This document shows, piece after piece, positions 12,410 through 26,394 of a stretch of DNA of 64,000 nt. The notes under the pieces are model-generated. The model made no database searches, was not told the DNA's origin, and worked only from the letters and a program-made list of their open reading frames with translations. The stretch lies in NCBI RefSeq assembly GCF_009914755.1, contig NC_060927.1; one strand, given 5' to 3'. Source of the DNA: the human T2T-CHM13v2.0 reference genome, Homo sapiens. Numbering within the stretch: the first letter of the stretch is position 1; every line of letters begins with the position of its first letter. The translations under genes and the position numbers were made by a program.

Positions 12410-13480
12410 AGCAGGGCTTCCACTGCCAAATTTGGGACAATTTGTGCACTATAACAAATAATAAGTGGAGTAAATTACAATACTTTAAACAAAGAAGGAA
12501 TCTCTAATAAACTGGGCCAATAGTTTCACAGAATTTATTCTGAACCCGGTTACATAACAAGTGAAAACTCAACTGTACTCCTTTGCAATTAATAGCTCTT
12601 AATGATACCTCAAAATAGTAATTTCAAATGTTGAAGAGATAATGAATGAAAAGCTCCTTTTTATAGAAACATAACTAGTAAATATGGAAGAAATGATGAA
12701 ATTAGAAAATCATTTGCTGACACTGTAGTAACGATTGATTCAAGCAGTATGAATTCATGGATGCCAAAACCATCAGGGTTAGAATCATTGGAGAGCAAGA
12801 TATTTGCACAGTCTCAAAGTATTATCCCACAGATTACTTAATCACAAAAAGAAAAGAGCATCTTTACAATGAAGAAATTCAGCAGACATGCCTTAACCAA
12901 GTAATCAAGCTAAATTCTCCAAACTGGGACACACTGACATCGTGTACTTCTGATAGGCTGTTCTGTGAAGGACACAGCATCACCTGTGTATTAGTCCTGC
13001 CATAAATGTTTCACCTGAATTTAATTATGAGAAAATACTCATTTTAGGGTATAGTGTGTAGAAAAAAGGTTTGGACTCTAAAAATATTAGTATCATGAAA
13101 TTTTTTAAAAGCTAGGAACTACTTTAGATTAAAGGGGGATAGACAGACTTGAAAACTAAGTGCAATGTATGATTCTTTATTGGATTCTGAAAGGAGGGGC
13201 ATGAAAGAAAGATTTCTTTGGGACAACTCTGGAAATTTGAATATGTACTGGGTTTAGATAATTGCATTATATCAATGTTAATTATTGTAGTGATAATTAT
13301 ATTGTGATTTGTGGGAGAATGTTCTCCTTTAAGGAGTGAAATGCTGAAGTATTTGGCAGTGAGTGTCATGATGTCTGCAATTAACTTCCAAACAACTGAA
13401 TGTTAACAACTAGTAAATCTAATTGAAGGGCCTTTATTGCAACTTTTCTACAGGCTTGATATTTTCAAAATTAGGAAAAA
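12410..13480 (+). mobile_element. L1MC4/L1MC5-like 3'UTR
   Basis: caaatttgggacaattt..., ccttaaccaagtaatcaag, gtgtcatgatgtctgcaatt motifs. Confidence 0.75.
12501..12588 (+). repeat. 88-bp dispersed direct repeat, copy 2 (inside L1MC)
   Basis: 84/88 identical to 9731-9818; offset 2770 bp. Confidence 0.95.
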
Positions 13481-14432
13481 GAACAGTAAATAAAATGAAT
13501 GACGGTAGTAATGATCACTATAAAATCAAATGCTTTATCCTATGGGTGTTAGTCGTCATACAGAGAAAAAGTTAAGCTTACCTTTGATCAACAAACACAT
13601 TAGAAAATCTTTTAACATGCTATATGTGAGTTAATAATTTTTGCAAATGGGATCCCAGTTATAGTAAAAAAAAATCTGCCAACTACACAGAAACATAAAG
13701 AATACAGTAGATAGTCCAAAAATTCTTGCAAAAGACATAGAATTTACAAGGGCTTTGGTATACAGTGGTAGAAAATTAGAAGTAAAGTTTTGGATGCAAT
13801 AAACTCACATATATTGTATTTATTGCTGCATAAATATGAAATGTCAAAAATATTAATAACAAATATAAATAATTGCAATAAAATGTCCTCCTACCTTAAT
13901 TAAGCACTTTCCACAAACTTGTTTTCTTCAAAAGGCTGTCTTTTCACTGTACTGGTTACTCTGACAACATGTGAAATAATGAGAACATACATCTAGTCTT
14001 GGCTCTGAAGTTTTCCCTAAATAGGGCATTTTTAACGATGCTTTCTCTCCTGCAAGTGATGGTAAAGTGATTAAAACTACAGCAAAATTCAACATGAAGG
14101 TCAGACTGAGTCTTGCCAACTGTTAGAAAGTTTCGTAGCATGTGCCTGAGTAATGTTTTTATCCTTCCACATCGCCTCCTCTACTCATGTATTGTGCCAA
14201 GCCATAGGGAAAAGTTAGTCAGTGTGTTCATAGACACAGGGGAAAGTAATAAGAGGAAGGGGAATTAACTATCTTATCTATCTGGGATAAAATCCTTCTG
14301 TTTTGAGACATGCTTTATAAGTTACTTCATTCCAATTAGTGTCATTTATAAACTGTCATACTTAATAAGCAGCAAATGCCACAGTCAGCACTGTAGTGTA
14401 GCCATCCTTACAGGATACAATAATTAGCTCAC

Positions 14433-14552
14433 CTTCAAATGAATTCTTGGTTTTTTTTCCCTGCCAAGCTCCAAGAACAAGGAGCCTGTTTCCGAAGGGC
14501 TGTGTCACATTGATAAAAGGGGCAATGGCTCTCAAGGAAGAAGAAGAGGTAC
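14433..14552 (-). other. Candidate exon (120 nt, open in phase 1-1); best of a minus-strand exon-like chain
   Basis: Acceptor ctgctttgctcttttctag|G, donor GAAG|gtgagc; encodes TSSSSLRAIAPFINVTQPFGNRLLVLGAWQGKKTKNSFE; no homologue recognised. Confidence 0.3.
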
Positions 14553-14949
14553 CTAGAAAAGAGCAAAGCAGGGGCTGAAGAGCCCTGCCCCTCCAAATGT
14601 TGTCCTTTCTTACATGCTCTTTGATGCTGGGAAGTAGGAAGTGAGTGAGGAGGATGGGGAGAGGCAGAAACTAGTGAGAGATTCACATCTTTACCTCTTT
14701 GAGACTTACATTCTCCTTGCAAATCACATTTTCTCCTTTTAGAGCAGAAGTAGGATTTTTGCATCCCAGAATCTGTAGAAGAAAAGGGCCTGAGGCTGGC
14801 TGCAGGAAGCACTAAAGTCCCAGGAATTTTCCTTCCATTTCTGCTCCAGAACAGAGGCTGCTGATGTGGGCTGAGTTAAAGCACGTAGAAACCAAATAGC
14901 ATCATGTTTTTGAGACATTTCTGATGCTAGTTCCTGTGTCTTAAGGCCC

Positions 14950-15200
14950 TGGGGTAAAGCTTTAACTTCAGAATTGACGCTTTGAGGGTTAAATCCCAGT
15001 TCTACGATTTTTTTTGTTTGATTTTGAAGTAATTTAACCTGTCGGATTCTCAGTATCTTCTGTAAGAAAAAAAAAAAAAGTGGAGATGAGGTATAGATAC
15101 TATTAGCTGTCTCTTAGGTTAGCATGAGGATTAAATGAGAGCATATCTTAATGGTTCCGCAGCATGTCTTACACTAGTAAGGGCTCAGCGAATGATGACT
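14950..15200 (+). mobile_element. MIR SINE
   Basis: gggttaaatcccagttct ... gaggattaaatgag ... tagtaagggctcag. Confidence 0.7.
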
Positions 15201-18200
15201 GGCCACGCACTTCAGCCACTGAGGAATGGCAGGGAGGATCTTCTTTTCTTTGAATCTCTTCTTGCGGCCACAGTGTGGGTTATAAAGGCTGTGACATTCA
15301 GTCCATTCTGGCTTCCTGTAATGTTAACATGAGCACATCATGAACACTGGGCCTATACAAAGTTGTAAAGCAGGCAACGCTTGTCTTTAATGTTCTTCTC
15401 TTGCTCCTTCCAAAATTAGATTTCATATCCCAGACTCCCTTTTCCCCAACCTTCTTTACAGTCTTGGAGTTTTATGCAGCATGTCCCATACAACCCTCTT
15501 TAGGACTTCACTCTCCTATCTTCTATGGTCCCCAGGTTCTGTTTGAACACACCACCTGCTACGCCTATTGACCAGTCAGTCCTCTGAGGGTAAGTTCAGT
15601 TCTCTTTTCTTATTCTATTCACGAGATTTTTCAGTAACAAAGAATTATGGCCCTAGTGCTCACTAAGTGAGCTGTCTTGGAATTTTATTATTTAGAAATT
15701 TTAAAAATACATACAATTTGAAAATATTTTTGATATTTGAAATAAAATACCAGTCTTTAAACATTGGGGATATTCTTTGAATGAAATTGTGGAAGACTTT
15801 CTAGTTTTTCTAACTTAAAAAAAAAAAAAGCAAAGAAAAGTGCAGAATTCTAGATTTAAAATGAAAAAACAATATGAACCATGACTCAATATAACTTGCA
15901 GATTCATCATTTCCCAATGGCCACTCCTAACCCTCCCTAATTGTAAATGGTGGCATTATACTTGACTCTATACTTATTCTTCGAAGTCCTCAGATTTTTT
16001 TTAAAGATCTTTGTGTAAGCAGACTATTAGTCCTTGTCAAGAAATACTATTATTTTATAGCTTTCTGAAAATACATTTCAGTCATGCACACTTGGGCATA
16101 CGGTTTGGAAAATTCAAATTAAATTTCCAAGTATTTAGTTCATTACAGAGTCAATGCTAACCACCTTAGGAAAATTGACTTTTCGATACCTTATCATGGT
16201 TGTCACATTCTTAAGCTATTCAGTTTCTCCTTACTAAAATCCACTAGTTTTCTAAAAGTGTAGGTTTTAAAATTAGTGAGGTCATAGCATTTTTTTTTAT
16301 GTAGAGCTTCTTGTCATGATGGGGAATTTTAAGTGGTATTTGGAAGGCCCATTATTGCCTTTTTCTCACCAGGTTTAAGTGTATCTCCATTTTAATGACT
16401 TTTTCTGATATATTTGTTATGTCAAATCCCAGCACATGATAGTATCCTCCCTTTACTTTATACCAAGATACCCAGTTCCTTCATTCCCAAAAGATTATTC
16501 AACATTAAACCGGATGCATTCTTTTGTAACCTATAACTGAATTTTATCCTCTTGGGTACAAAAATTAAAAACAAAAAGTCTCTGACACCTCTTACTGCTT
16601 TCTTTGTGCCCCAACAACCAAAAAATGCATAAAAATTTAGATTTTCTTTTCAATTTCTGAATAAAGAACTCAAACTCCAGTTTTTGTTCGTTACTTTCTT
16701 TTTAATTATTTAGTAAGACTCTCTTTGAAGGTACAATAAAACCTCTATTATTAAGACTGCATATTAACTCACTCCACAAGATCTTTTAAGCCCATGACTT
16801 TTATCATTTATCCTGAGTTTCCTCCCAAGACTGTGTATTAATGCAAAGAGGAAAAGTGTGAAGCCTCTTTTTTCTTTTCCTGCCTATACTACATGCTCAG
16901 GTTTCAAAGCAAGATGTCACACTAGAAATAAAATAAATGCGGGAAATTTTCCTCTTGGCATTACTTTTCAGAGGCAAAGACTAAATAAATAGTAGCAGAG
17001 GTGGAAAGAGCATGACAAATACTTTAACATTATTGAGAAGTCCAAATAGAAAGATGGTCACATTGTAAGCTTTGCTGTATTGAGATTCTGGTAGAAATCT
17101 GCATGGAGAACATACCTTGGACTGACACCCTTGGGAGAGGCCTCCCTTAAATTCTTCACAGCTGGACTCTGGAGACAAGCAGATGCTCTGCATGCCAAGG
17201 ACATGAAAGGAGAGGGATCTACCGAGCTGATTTCTGAGGAAGCTGGCTCCCAACCCAAGCATCAAAATTACAGCCGAGACCCTGATTATTTGTCACTTTT
17301 CCCTGCAGTTTTGAATCAGTAATCATATTTATCTGAGCTTATATAACATAAAATTATTGCCAGCCAATTTTACTCAATCTTTAATCATTAATTTACTTAA
17401 ACTTTTTAAATAAAGGATATTTCAGTTAAGGTTTTGTTGATATTATGCAAAAAATTCAACAGTACTAACAGCACTGATTAATTTTCAAATCTTGGTCCTT
17501 TAGGAGGTTGAATGAGTTTCTCTTTTCTTTATTCTTTTAGCATAAAGATCAAGACCTACTTTTTAAGGGAGGCCTTTCTTTGTAATAAATACTTGCATCA
17601 TCTCTAAATAAAAAAAATTTGCTTGCTGTATCTCCTGTTCCCTTTAACAACTGCTCAGATGAATGCATTCATGATTATTATATATCTCCCATGACTTTAT
17701 TACGCTCTAAACTTCTAAAGACTAGTGAACATGTTCTCTAGTATAAGCCATAAGAGCCTAGAAACATGTTCAACATTTGGTTAATAATTTATCTTAAGGT
17801 CTATTGGCTGTTGAACACAAATCACTTTTTTACTCTCACTGCATTATGAAAGACTGTAATTATTTTAATGCAAGATACTACATTGAATTATTAGAAAATT
17901 TAGTATTCGTAATATAGAGATTAATAAGTCTATTAACTACCACAGTTTGATCTTATTATAAGAATTAGTGGGTGTTGCTTTCTCACCATCTATTTTCATG
18001 TCTGTAGGCTACTTTTGGTTTTAGTGTCTAATTACCCTCTTTTTTATGTCTCCTTATCTGCCTTGGCTACTTTACTAAAGTTCTACAAGGAGATACATGC
18101 ATTACCTGCCAGCTACACAGAAATATTCTTCAGAATGATAACATTTACTGGGTATTACTATAATATAAATTCTAATTGATGGTTAGAGTTGGAATAAAAA

Positions 18201-18759
18201 CATGAAATACCTTTCACACCTTGCCATGCTCAAGAATTTCAATATGATTAAAAGAACACAGGAATTGAAATTTGCTAACCTACATGCTTTCCAACAAATT
18301 GAGTATTCTACTGTGTATCAGCCCCAGGGGCTATCATTCTGACACTTTCTCATCAGAATTAAACTACAAATTCAATAATAATAATAGTAATAATAACTTA
18401 GCTAAGTAGGTCAGACTGCTGAGAGCCCTAGCACTAAGTTTATTTATGACTGGGCAAGAATTCTCTACCATGAAAGAATGAAAACGACAATAAATCTACC
18501 TTGTGCTTATAAAGAAGTGAGTTAATGAAAAAAAGGAGTATATCTCTGATAACATCACATTGTTCTTTTAACTTAAATCTTGTAACTTTTTTCTCATTTT
18601 CTCCCCTCCACTGTACACACATTTCAATGTCATTGGGAAATGTGCCCATTTTTGTTATATCCTGGAACTGTCTAGAGTTCCATTAGCCCATTGTTTATTG
18701 TTTTTTTTGACTAGACCAAAACTTAGTAGGTTAAACCTTATATATACAAATTGATAGAT

Positions 18760-20020
18760 AATCTCCATCTGTATATTCCATAAGTGTCTCAAACTTAACT
18801 CACTCTCTTCCTGCTCATGTCAATTGCCAAGGGGCCAAACTCAGAATTTCAGAAATGTTACCTCTTTTCATACAGTCAGCAAGTCCTATGAATTTCATTT
18901 TGAAGCTATAATTTGATTCCATTATCTCCTTTTTACTCATACTCCCACTTCTCTGCCAACAAATTGATTGTCCCATCTCCAGTCTCCTTAGTTTTCATAT
19001 ATTTTTCATCCTGCCACCAGAGTTTTCTTCCTACAAGGCAAATCTAATCAAACTGTTCTGCTCAAAAACCTCCAATAGCTTCCCTTTATGTACAGAATAA
19101 ATTTAAAAAATTATTAACATGAAATTAAGACCTGGCTTGTGACTGATTTCAGTTTACCTCCATGTTGTTTTAAATGAGATTTAGTATCATAATGTGATTA
19201 AGAATGCAGGTTTTAGATTTTAAAAGCCCTAAGTTTAAACTCTTACTCCCACATTTTCGAGCTAAGGGACCTTGGAAATGGTTCTTAACTTCTGCAATCT
19301 GTTTCTTTATATATTTATTGAAAATGGAAAGAAAAATGCCTACCTTACATATTTTTTGTGACAATTAAATTAGATAACCTACATAAAGGTATATAATAAA
19401 CATTGAATATATAGCAATCATTACTATTTTTTAACTTTTTGACTTCATCTACTCCTATCACCACCCACTGCCCCGCACCTTGGAGCTATCCTATACCTGA
19501 GGTAGCAAACAGATTTCATTACCCAAACCAAATTGGTGAAGAGGTAATGTTTGTTTCTTGAGCCCTACACTAAGAAGGATTCTAAGCAAATCAGACTCAG
19601 CAGGAAACAATGTTGAAATAGATTTGCAGAGTCTGCCATTGGGCACAGAAAAGAGTGTTAGTTGTACTGATACTGTATACTACATTGTAGCTAATTTGTA
19701 ATACATGTGGTCCCTTGTATCTCCTACATCCATAAATTTATCTTCTGCTTCATCTGTCCAAAATAGTTTATTGTTCTCTCATTTTCCCTTCTACCTGTCA
19801 AAATCTTACTCATTCCTTAAGACCCATATCAAATGTACCCCTTGTTATAAACCTGCCCTCCCTGAGTACTACTAACTGCAGTTTATGTCTCTGTTATAAC
19901 TCTTCCTGCAGCCTGAGTTGAATTATAACTCTCTGTATATATTTCAGGTTTCTGCATCTTGAAGGTAAGGACTACTGCTCCTTTCCCTTTGTTTGCACTG
20001 GTACACCAAGGGCAGTGCTT
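18760..20020 (+). mobile_element. Fragmented L2, interrupted by MIR
   Basis: atctccatctgtatattccataagtgtctcaaacttaac and aatcttactcattccttaagaccc L2 motifs. Confidence 0.55.
19183..19430 (+). mobile_element. MIR SINE
   Basis: gtgattaagaatgcagg...gaccttggaaatggttcttaacttct...aaaatgg...cctaccttaca. Confidence 0.7.
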
Positions 20021-20034
20021 GCAATAGACCAATA

Positions 20035-20250
20035 ACAGCAACAACCAAAATTTATGAAGCCCTACTTATGTGTCAGGCCTTGTTGTAAGCAATTCTCATA
20101 CATATGAACTCAATTAATCCTCACAAGACCTCCAGGAGTTACATTGCCCTATTTACAAAGGAGGAAATGAGAGGTAGAAGGTGAAGTATCTTGCCCCAGC
20201 TCACAAAAGTAGTTACTGGTAGCAGCTTGTCCTCTCAATCACTACACTTG
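20035..20250 (-). mobile_element. MIR SINE
   Basis: ttaatcctcacaagac...tttacaaaggaggaaatgaga...cttgccccagctcac. Confidence 0.7.
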
Positions 20251-22621
20251 TACACCTTCTTAAGGAACGTATTATGTTTATTGAAGTTTTGTAAAATTTT
20301 TTATTTGAATTGAAAATATATTTTGATGTTATTATCTTCATTTAAATGTTTTATTTGTAGACAAAATGCATGGCCAGTTACATTGCAAATGCCCACTCTA
20401 AATGTACATGTGAGAAATACCATACTGTAAACACAAAGAGGTGTTGAGTGCAAACGTCATAGTAGGGGCTGTTAGCTGAAATTCTGTATCATCTATATTG
20501 TATGTATGTTTCAGTTCAAGTTATTAATAGATATGCTAGTGCTTTATTTCATGTTGAATATTTTTCTTAAAATAAAAATATTTTTTCAAAAATCTCTAAA
20601 ATGCTTTACAGGCACAAATTTAATGTCAAAAATTTGTACTGTGAGATCATTGGAACCTGGCCAGACATGCAACCAAACTGAGAAGCGAAATGGTGCTCAT
20701 AAGTGCCAAGTTAAACCATGTGAAACCAGTAATGTCTTCATCTTAATCAAGCATGCATATCCACATGTGGAAGCCTTAAGGGGCAAAGGTGTCATATTTA
20801 ACTTGGACTTTGCAACTCTCCCTTTCCTAATATGGATATTTTCTTCTACTTATCATGGGCCAAGTCTTATGCCTTTGGAGTCTCCGGTCTCCTCACAGGA
20901 GTTTATGCCTTTGCACTTCCCCCAACAAAATTGAATAACCAAAGAAATAGGTCTAGGTGGGACATTTGCTATGTTCCTCTGGTTCTCTTAATGAAATGTG
21001 ATGGTCTACTAATGACAGAGCCAGAGATATTCCTGAATAACGGACAGGGGTGAGATTATGGACTTATCTTAGAAGGAGGACTCAGCCAGAGTCTCAGTCT
21101 AACTAGCAAACTAGACTTTTGCTTAGAATCTCAATCTAAGCCTTCAGGAGAATCTCAGGCATATTAGATTAGGGAGCATGCTAATGAACACATCTTAGTT
21201 TAACATTATAGTCACATATATCTTGAAGACAATTGGAGTTTCCTATACCATATATGTATGCCCTAACTCTGTTTGCCTTTTTTTTGTTTAATAGGTGTTA
21301 ATATTTCACTTTTTAAAATGCCCTACATTTGAAGGGCACCTGTAGTCCTAAAGATCCAACTAAAATAATCACAAACCTTCAGAAAGTAACCAAATACAGA
21401 CCATTTAAATGAATTTGCATTTATGTAAATTGACTCATACATATGTTTCCTGCCCTTGAGATTAAAAAGTCACCCTGTAAGATCTCCATGCACAATGATT
21501 CTTGGGGCAGCCCTGACATGCTGTAGTGAGCCTCATGCACTCTCTCTCCTCCAGTCACAGATTCTTTTCTTTGACCTAATACGGAAGTGTTGGGTGTCTC
21601 TGCCTTCTATAGTGCACTGACTCAATAGGAAACAACTGCATAAGCTAAAATAAATTTGGCCTGATTTGGGAAGTGCTAGCATGGTTTTTCCACCTTAAAA
21701 AATATTTCATAACAAGACTTCTAAGTAACTGTCTGCTCCCAGTCACTATCTTTCATCTAACTTTCTTTGCATCTCAGCATATTCCTAGGAAGCACTTGAA
21801 AAATCTTGTGATTAAAAAAAAAAGATACTTAGAAGAATTCTTACAATTGGAGAGCTCTCTGTTCTTGGTGGCTAGGGCTTCACGTTTCCAGCTATTATCT
21901 CATTTGTTCACATGCTCCTTTCTGTCAGAAAAAGAGCAAGTGTATACAAGAAGTAGGAATGGAGTGGCAGCTCAGCATTTGTGTTTCCAGTTTCAGACTC
22001 CTACGCATTGCTTGAAATTAGTCTAGAACTTCAGGTGGTCACTCCAAATATGAATTCACTGACTGGATATAATCCTAGTCATTCTAAACCTCCTCTCTTG
22101 TGAATGTTTACCTGGTGATATTTTTTTGAGAGATTAATAAATGTTAATGACCTCACCAGAGAGTTCTTTCCAAATGAAAATTGTGCTCCCTTGGAAATTG
22201 CCAACTGCTATCTTGGAGAATTTTTATAAGATTGCTAATTTGAAGAAAGATTTTGATTTAGGTAATAAAAGGAAGAGGGATCCTAATAACCTATCTCTAA
22301 GGACCAGAATATACTTAATTAATTGGTGTAGTCTATGAAGCAATTAAACTAAAAGAGTTCTACTTTCTTCTTAATAGCTATTTCAGATTTGCAAATATTC
22401 AAATTTCTATTTTGTAGGAAACATTATGTTCAGATTCGCTTTTTACATATGTAAAGTAATTCACTGATGACTAGGAAGCAGAATTAAAAATTACAAATTT
22501 TATATGGCTTTTCCCTACTTCTGTTATGTTTTGTTTAATCTCCATCATGTAGCACTGTGCCAAGTATAAAGTACTTATGGGAAATAGAGTAAATACTTAG
22601 TATTTATTGAATAAATGGATG

Positions 22622-22943
22622 TGCTATGACCTAAATGTTTGTGCTCCAAAAAATTCACTTAACCCCCAAAGTGATGATATTAGGAGATGGGGCCTAATTG
22701 GGGGTAATTAGTCATGAGGGTGGAGCCCTTATGAATGGGATTAGGGGTGTTATAAAAGAGGCCTAAGGGAGCTTGTTTGCTTCTTTCACCAAGTGGGGAT
22801 GCAACATGAAGGCAGCATCTATGAGGGAATCTGCTGATGTCTTAATCCTGAAATTTGCAGCCTCCAGAACTGTAAGAAATACGTGTTTCTTATTCCTAGG
22901 CCAGCCAGTTTGTGGTAATTTTCTTATATCAGCCCAAGAAGAC
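22622..22943 (+). mobile_element. MaLR solo LTR (MLT1A-like)
   Basis: tgctatgacctaaatgtttgtg start; gcctccagaactgtaagaaata near the end. Confidence 0.8.
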
Positions 22944-23306
22944 TACTATGGTCGAGTGTGCCCCCCAAAATTCATATATTGAGACTTAATGAGCAATGTG
23001 ACAGTATTAAGAGGTAGAGTCTTTAAGAGGTGGTTAAGTCATGAGAGCAGAGCTCTCATGGATGGGTTTACGGCCTCTATAAGAGGACTTCAGGGAGTTG
23101 GTTTGTTCTCTTCCCCCGCTTCTTCCATGTGAAAACATCTAGAAGGCCCCTATCTATGAGGAATGGTCCTTCACCAGACACTAATCCTGCCAGTGCCTTG
23201 ATTTTGGACTTCCCAGCCTTTAGAACTATGAGAAAATAAATTTTTATTATTTATAAATTATGCAGTCTTGGGTATTATGTTATAGCAGCACAAATGGACA
23301 AAGATA
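22944..23306 (+). mobile_element. Second MaLR solo LTR (MLT1A/MSTC-D-like)
   Basis: tactatgg..ccccccaaaattcatat start; ggacttcccagcctttagaactatgagaaaataaa; ends atggacaaagata. Confidence 0.8.
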
Positions 23307-23499
23307 GTTACTAATACAGAATGGACTTATACATTTAGTTTTCAGTACAATCTAGGTGGTCATTTTAGCCATTTTTATTCCTGTTGTATGTGGCTATAAT
23401 TGATTGATTCATTCCGTTGGTAAAATGGATAAAATAACATTTCCAAACATTGTGTATTTTGTTTCATATTGCTTGCCTCAATTTGAATACTAAGGTAGT

Positions 23500-23865
23500 T
23501 TGTGGTAAAGGTGCTTATGATTGTCCTTAGTGTGTTTCCCAAATTATTTTTAGTTCTCTTAAGCACTTGGTAGGTCTGTACTTCCAGGCTCCCTTGTAGA
23601 TAGGTGGTGTGGTGTGAGATGCTTTGGCAAGGGAATATAAACTTAACAGGCATGTATTTATTTCTGATGGAGGCTAAAGGGCTAGTGTATGACTTGCCAT
23701 GCTTTCTCTCTTCCTTTGCCTTAATATTTTGCCATGTTCTAGATACTGGCTGTTTCATCAGCCATGTCTAGGAGTGAAGAGAAGTCAGATTGGAGCCCCA
23801 GGTCAATTTTCTATAAATATAAAGGATTTTTTTTATTGCAGTGTAAGCGAACTCTTCCTGACTGA
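23500..23865 (+). mobile_element. Old MLT1 (H/I/J-like) LTR
   Basis: cttccaggctcccttgtagataggtgg...gctttggcaagggaat motif. Confidence 0.5.
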
Positions 23866-23869
23866 AAAC

Positions 23870-24170
23870 CAAAGAAAGAGTGTTTCTGGAATCAAGAATT
23901 GATTAGTAACACTAAATGTTGAAGAGCAGTTAATGACTACAGGACTAAATAATGTCTATTGAATTTGGCTACAGTGAAACCATTTTTAAAACTTTTTTCC
24001 TTTTAATGAGAATAGTTTCTATAGAGTGATAAGTGTGAAACCAGACCTAAGTGGTTGAAGAGTGAGTGAGAAGTGAGGAAGTAAAAAGAGTGATTGTAGA
24101 AAAGTCAGGAAGTTTGTCTGTGCAAGTGAGAAGAAAATTGACTTGGTAATGCTAAGACAGGGCAGTAGAG
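23870..24170 (-). mobile_element. L2 fragment
   Basis: aatgtctattgaatttggctaca...agtttctatagagtga...ccagac...gttgaagagtgagtgagaagtgagg. Confidence 0.6.
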
Positions 24171-25200
24171 ATCTTTCCATCCCCTTTTTCTGTTGAAAGT
24201 TACAACACAAAAATCAAAGAGTTAAAGAAACAGTAACATAAACCCCATGCTTAATCAAACACAAAGACATCTACAATCCTAAATTATAACATTTAAAGAA
24301 AGAAAACAGATAGAGGAATTATGAAGATCTTAGCAGGAAAAAAAAGAAAAGGTCAAATTCAAGTTCCTGTATATGGTGGAGAAAGTGGAGATAACCGATA
24401 AAAAGTAAACCAATTCACCACATAGGATTTCAAGAAAGGCTCAACAATTAGGAGCATGAAGAACTGCAAAAGGTGTAAGTTAGGCAGGTGGCTGAAAATA
24501 GAGATTTGAAAGCCCGTTTATGGAGTTATTAGGACCCAGGTGCCCACTCTAACGCAGCATCAGGTGGCTGCTTCCCTTCTACAACTCCGGGAGGAATTTG
24601 CTTTGAGACAGTGAATCAGCAAGGCTCCAGATGCTGAAGCACCAAACCCAAAGGAGGACAGCCACAAGGCAATGGATTGAAAATGAAGATATTACGTGTA
24701 AGTCTACACAGTAACTAGTGAAACCCTAAATTCTTCTCAAACCTACCACCTGACCATTAGCAGTGAGGAGCCTCCAGGAGAAAGGTTAGAGGAGACATAA
24801 AATTGATATACAGGTATTGACATTTGTAACATCTGAAAGTAAAATACCGCTTTTTAAATCCAATTGCTTTTAAGAAAGCTCACTGACTGGCATGCCGTAT
24901 CTATGCACACAGAACTCCAATCAGCTTTTTTGGTTCCTGACTCTTGCGGAAGACAAAGATGATCACATATTGAAGGAAATCCACTCCTGTAGGAGAGAAA
25001 GGTCAAACAAAGCACAACAAACCTAATAAAAGGAACTTGGAGGAAACAGAGATAATGCAGAGAAAAAAAATTTAAATACAGTAGCACTTAATACTTTCAG
25101 ATAATGAAGATGTTGTTGCCTTGAAATAAAGACGTGATAAAAACAGAAAAAGTAAAAAATAAAATAAAATAAAAAAGAAATTGAAGTTAAAACAGCTGAA

Positions 25201-25431
25201 TTTTTATTTTTTTAAATATTTTCTATTTCAATAGCTTTTGGGGTACAAGTGGTTTGGGGTTACATGGATTACATGGATGAATTGAGCAGTAGTGAAGTCT
25301 GAGGTTTTAGTCCACCCAACAACCAAATGGTGTACATTGTATCCAATATGTAGTTTTTTTATCCTTCACTTTCCTCCCACCCTTCTCCTTCTGAGTCACC
25401 AAGGTCCATTATATCACTGTATGCCTTGGTG
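25201..25431 (-). mobile_element. L1PB 3' end stub
   Basis: tttcaatagcttttggggtacaagtgg; perfect 13-bp TSD taaaacagctgaa (25188-25200 / 25432-25444). Confidence 0.9.
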
Positions 25432-25594
25432 TAAAACAGCTGAAATTTTAAAGAAAATTCCTAGAATATTTAAAAGAGAAGATCAAGAAGATGACCCAGA
25501 AAGCAGCCTTAAAAGCCAAAGAGAAGGAATATTGAAATAAAACAGATATGGATATGGGACATCAGTATACAACTAGTAGGAATTGAGTGAAAAA

Positions 25595-25866
<272 letters not shown>

Positions 25867-26157
25867 GAAGAAGTAAATTATCAAAGAAATAATAGAAGAA
25901 AAACATCCATAATTGAAGGACATAAAACCATAGATTAAAGAGTTTAAGTATGCTCAGCACAATGAATGTGGAAAAAAACAAACCACAATCCATCCAGAAA
26001 AAAATCTAGTGTATGTAGTACTCCATTGTTTCCTAGACAGTGAAAGTGTTTGTTACTAGAGTATATACTGGTCAAAAAATACTGTTCTCAGTGAAATTAT
26101 AATTATTCTCAGCAACTTCTTTTACCTGAAATAATTTTCTTCACTAGTTACGATTTC

Positions 26158-26207
26158 TTTTTTTTTTTTTTTATATATACTTTAAGTTTTAGGGTACATG
26201 TGCACAA
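26158..26207 (-). mobile_element. ~50-bp young L1PA 3' stub
   Basis: polyT + tatactttaagttttagggtacatgtgcacaa is the L1PA3-to-L1HS 3' terminus. Confidence 0.85.
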
Positions 26208-26394
26208 TTCTGAGTAGACTCCAGAACTTTCTAATTAATGAATTCAACACCATCCCTTAATAAGCCACCTGAGGTTTCAGGTTGTTTCCATTTTTTTTCA
26301 CTGTGGTCTCCCATTCAGCAGCCATGACACTGCCTCTGCTTTAATTGTCTTCCTCTATCAATCACAATTTCCACAGATATTTTCTATTGGTGGC

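Noticed and set aside
13670-13910. Spliced peptide CLIK|LADFF resembling kinase IKLADFG; WDPIC resembling a Kazal motif
   Set aside because: No HRD/catalytic loop or cysteine spacing support; stops nearby
20506-20934. 142-aa ORF in unique DNA
   Set aside because: Low-complexity AT-driven N-terminus, no recognisable domain or splice context; compatible with chance
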